Source of the DNA: Desulfosporosinus acidiphilus SJ4
GTDB taxonomy: Bacteria > Bacillota > Desulfitobacteriia > Desulfitobacteriales > Desulfitobacteriaceae
Reading direction: 5' to 3'
Length of the DNA: 40,000 nucleotides
Assembly: GCF_000255115.2 (NCBI RefSeq)
Contig: NC_018068.1
Span: 1,357,977-1,397,976, forward strand
Within the stretch, counting starts at the first letter, position 1, and the number at the start of each line of letters is the position of its first letter. Below, piece by piece: positions 39,719 through 40,000 of this stretch. The translations under genes were made by a program, and so were the position numbers. The notes beneath the pieces are model-generated. The model was not told where the DNA came from. It did no database searches and saw only the letters and a program-made list of their open reading frames with translations.

Positions 39719-40000
39719 TTGGATCTATCGTCGACGATACCCATAGTTGTTGCTGCAGAGGCGATCAGTGCCGTGATCTTTGGTTATTTGGGCTATGCGA
39801 GAGGGGTTAAGAAAGAATCCATGCTGGATGGTCAAGATAAGGGAAGTATCGAGTCAGACATTAAGTATATCTTGAGAAGGACTGACGATTTGTTAATGGA
39901 GCAGAAGGAGACCAACAAGAACTTTCATACTTTGTCCGAACGTCTTGCACGGGTTGAGGAAGGAACTAAGTTAGCTCACAAGCGTATTGACCAGCTTGAA
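39719..40000 (+). CDS. Partial CDS: N-terminal TM plus coiled-coil protein (lysis-module candidate), truncated by the window edge
   Basis: TTG 39719 lies 6 nt after GAGGAGGGG. The frame is open to the end of the window (LDLSSTIPIVVAAEAISAVIFGYLGYARG..., then coiled coil). Confidence 0.5.
   Translation, partial: MDLSSTIPIVVAAEAISAVIFGYLGYARGVKKESMLDGQDKGSIESDIKYILRRTDDLLMEQKETNKNFHTLSERLARVEEGTKLAHKRIDQLE

Larger units (their letters stand above)
2300..40000. mobile_element. Temperate prophage (HK97-type head, PBSX-like contractile tail). The left boundary is approximate and the right end lies beyond the window.
   Basis: Contiguous lysogeny, replication, packaging, head, tail and lysis modules. 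No att sites or integrase are identifiable. Confidence 0.85.

Noticed and set aside
39648-39818. 56-aa Cys-rich ORF (MMVHLSS...HSCCCRGDQC...) overlapping the start of the last partial gene
   Set aside because: It overlaps a longer frame that has a better SD/start geometry and protein-like TM plus coiled-coil features. Probably spurious.

Overview
Nearly the whole window (about 2.3 kb to the right edge) is one temperate prophage on the + strand. The SD usage and Xkd-type tail genes suggest a Firmicutes-type host. Two apparent host genes lie at the left edge: a CDGSH iron-sulfur protein and a tandem HD-GYP protein. The prophage order is as follows. (1) A leftward lysogeny operon: XRE repressor, 2-TM membrane protein and a 75-aa protein. 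(2) An operator region. (3) Early genes: DUF4406-like, Cro-like HTH and Bro-N/KilAC antirepressor. (4) A replication/recombination module: SNF2 helicase, VRR-NUC, a Cas4-like nuclease fused to a Sak4-like ATPase, a DUF669 SSB-like protein, family B DNA polymerase and a prim-pol/D5-type primase-helicase. (5) A 0.5 kb AT-rich non-coding gap. (6) A MazG-like protein and a sigma-region-4-like late regulator. (7) HNH endonuclease and P27-type small terminase. (8) A roughly 4.3 kb accessory island. (9) Large terminase, HK97-type portal, ClpP-type protease and capsid, then connector proteins. (10) A PBSX-like contractile tail: sheath, tube, frameshifted chaperone, tape measure, XkdP/Q/R/S/T/U-like baseplate and fibres. 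(11) The start of a lysis module (XkdX-like, XhlA-like). No integrase, endolysin, tRNA, rRNA or CRISPR array is visible. The most noteworthy points are listed here. The accessory island splits terS from terL. A repressor-coupled two-gene cassette is a candidate exclusion or defence function. A 31-aa hydrophobic peptide gene sits antisense in the large intergenic gap and looks like a type I toxin. Four low-copy virion genes appear to start at ATT or ATA at ideal SD spacing. An 18-nt perfect complement to the 16S rRNA 3' end lies in the early region. Iterated TGGAGG-N5-CCTCCA palindromes precede the primase gene. DnaA-box-like sites and a terminator cascade precede the late genes. All family assignments come from motif recognition by eye; no database search was run.
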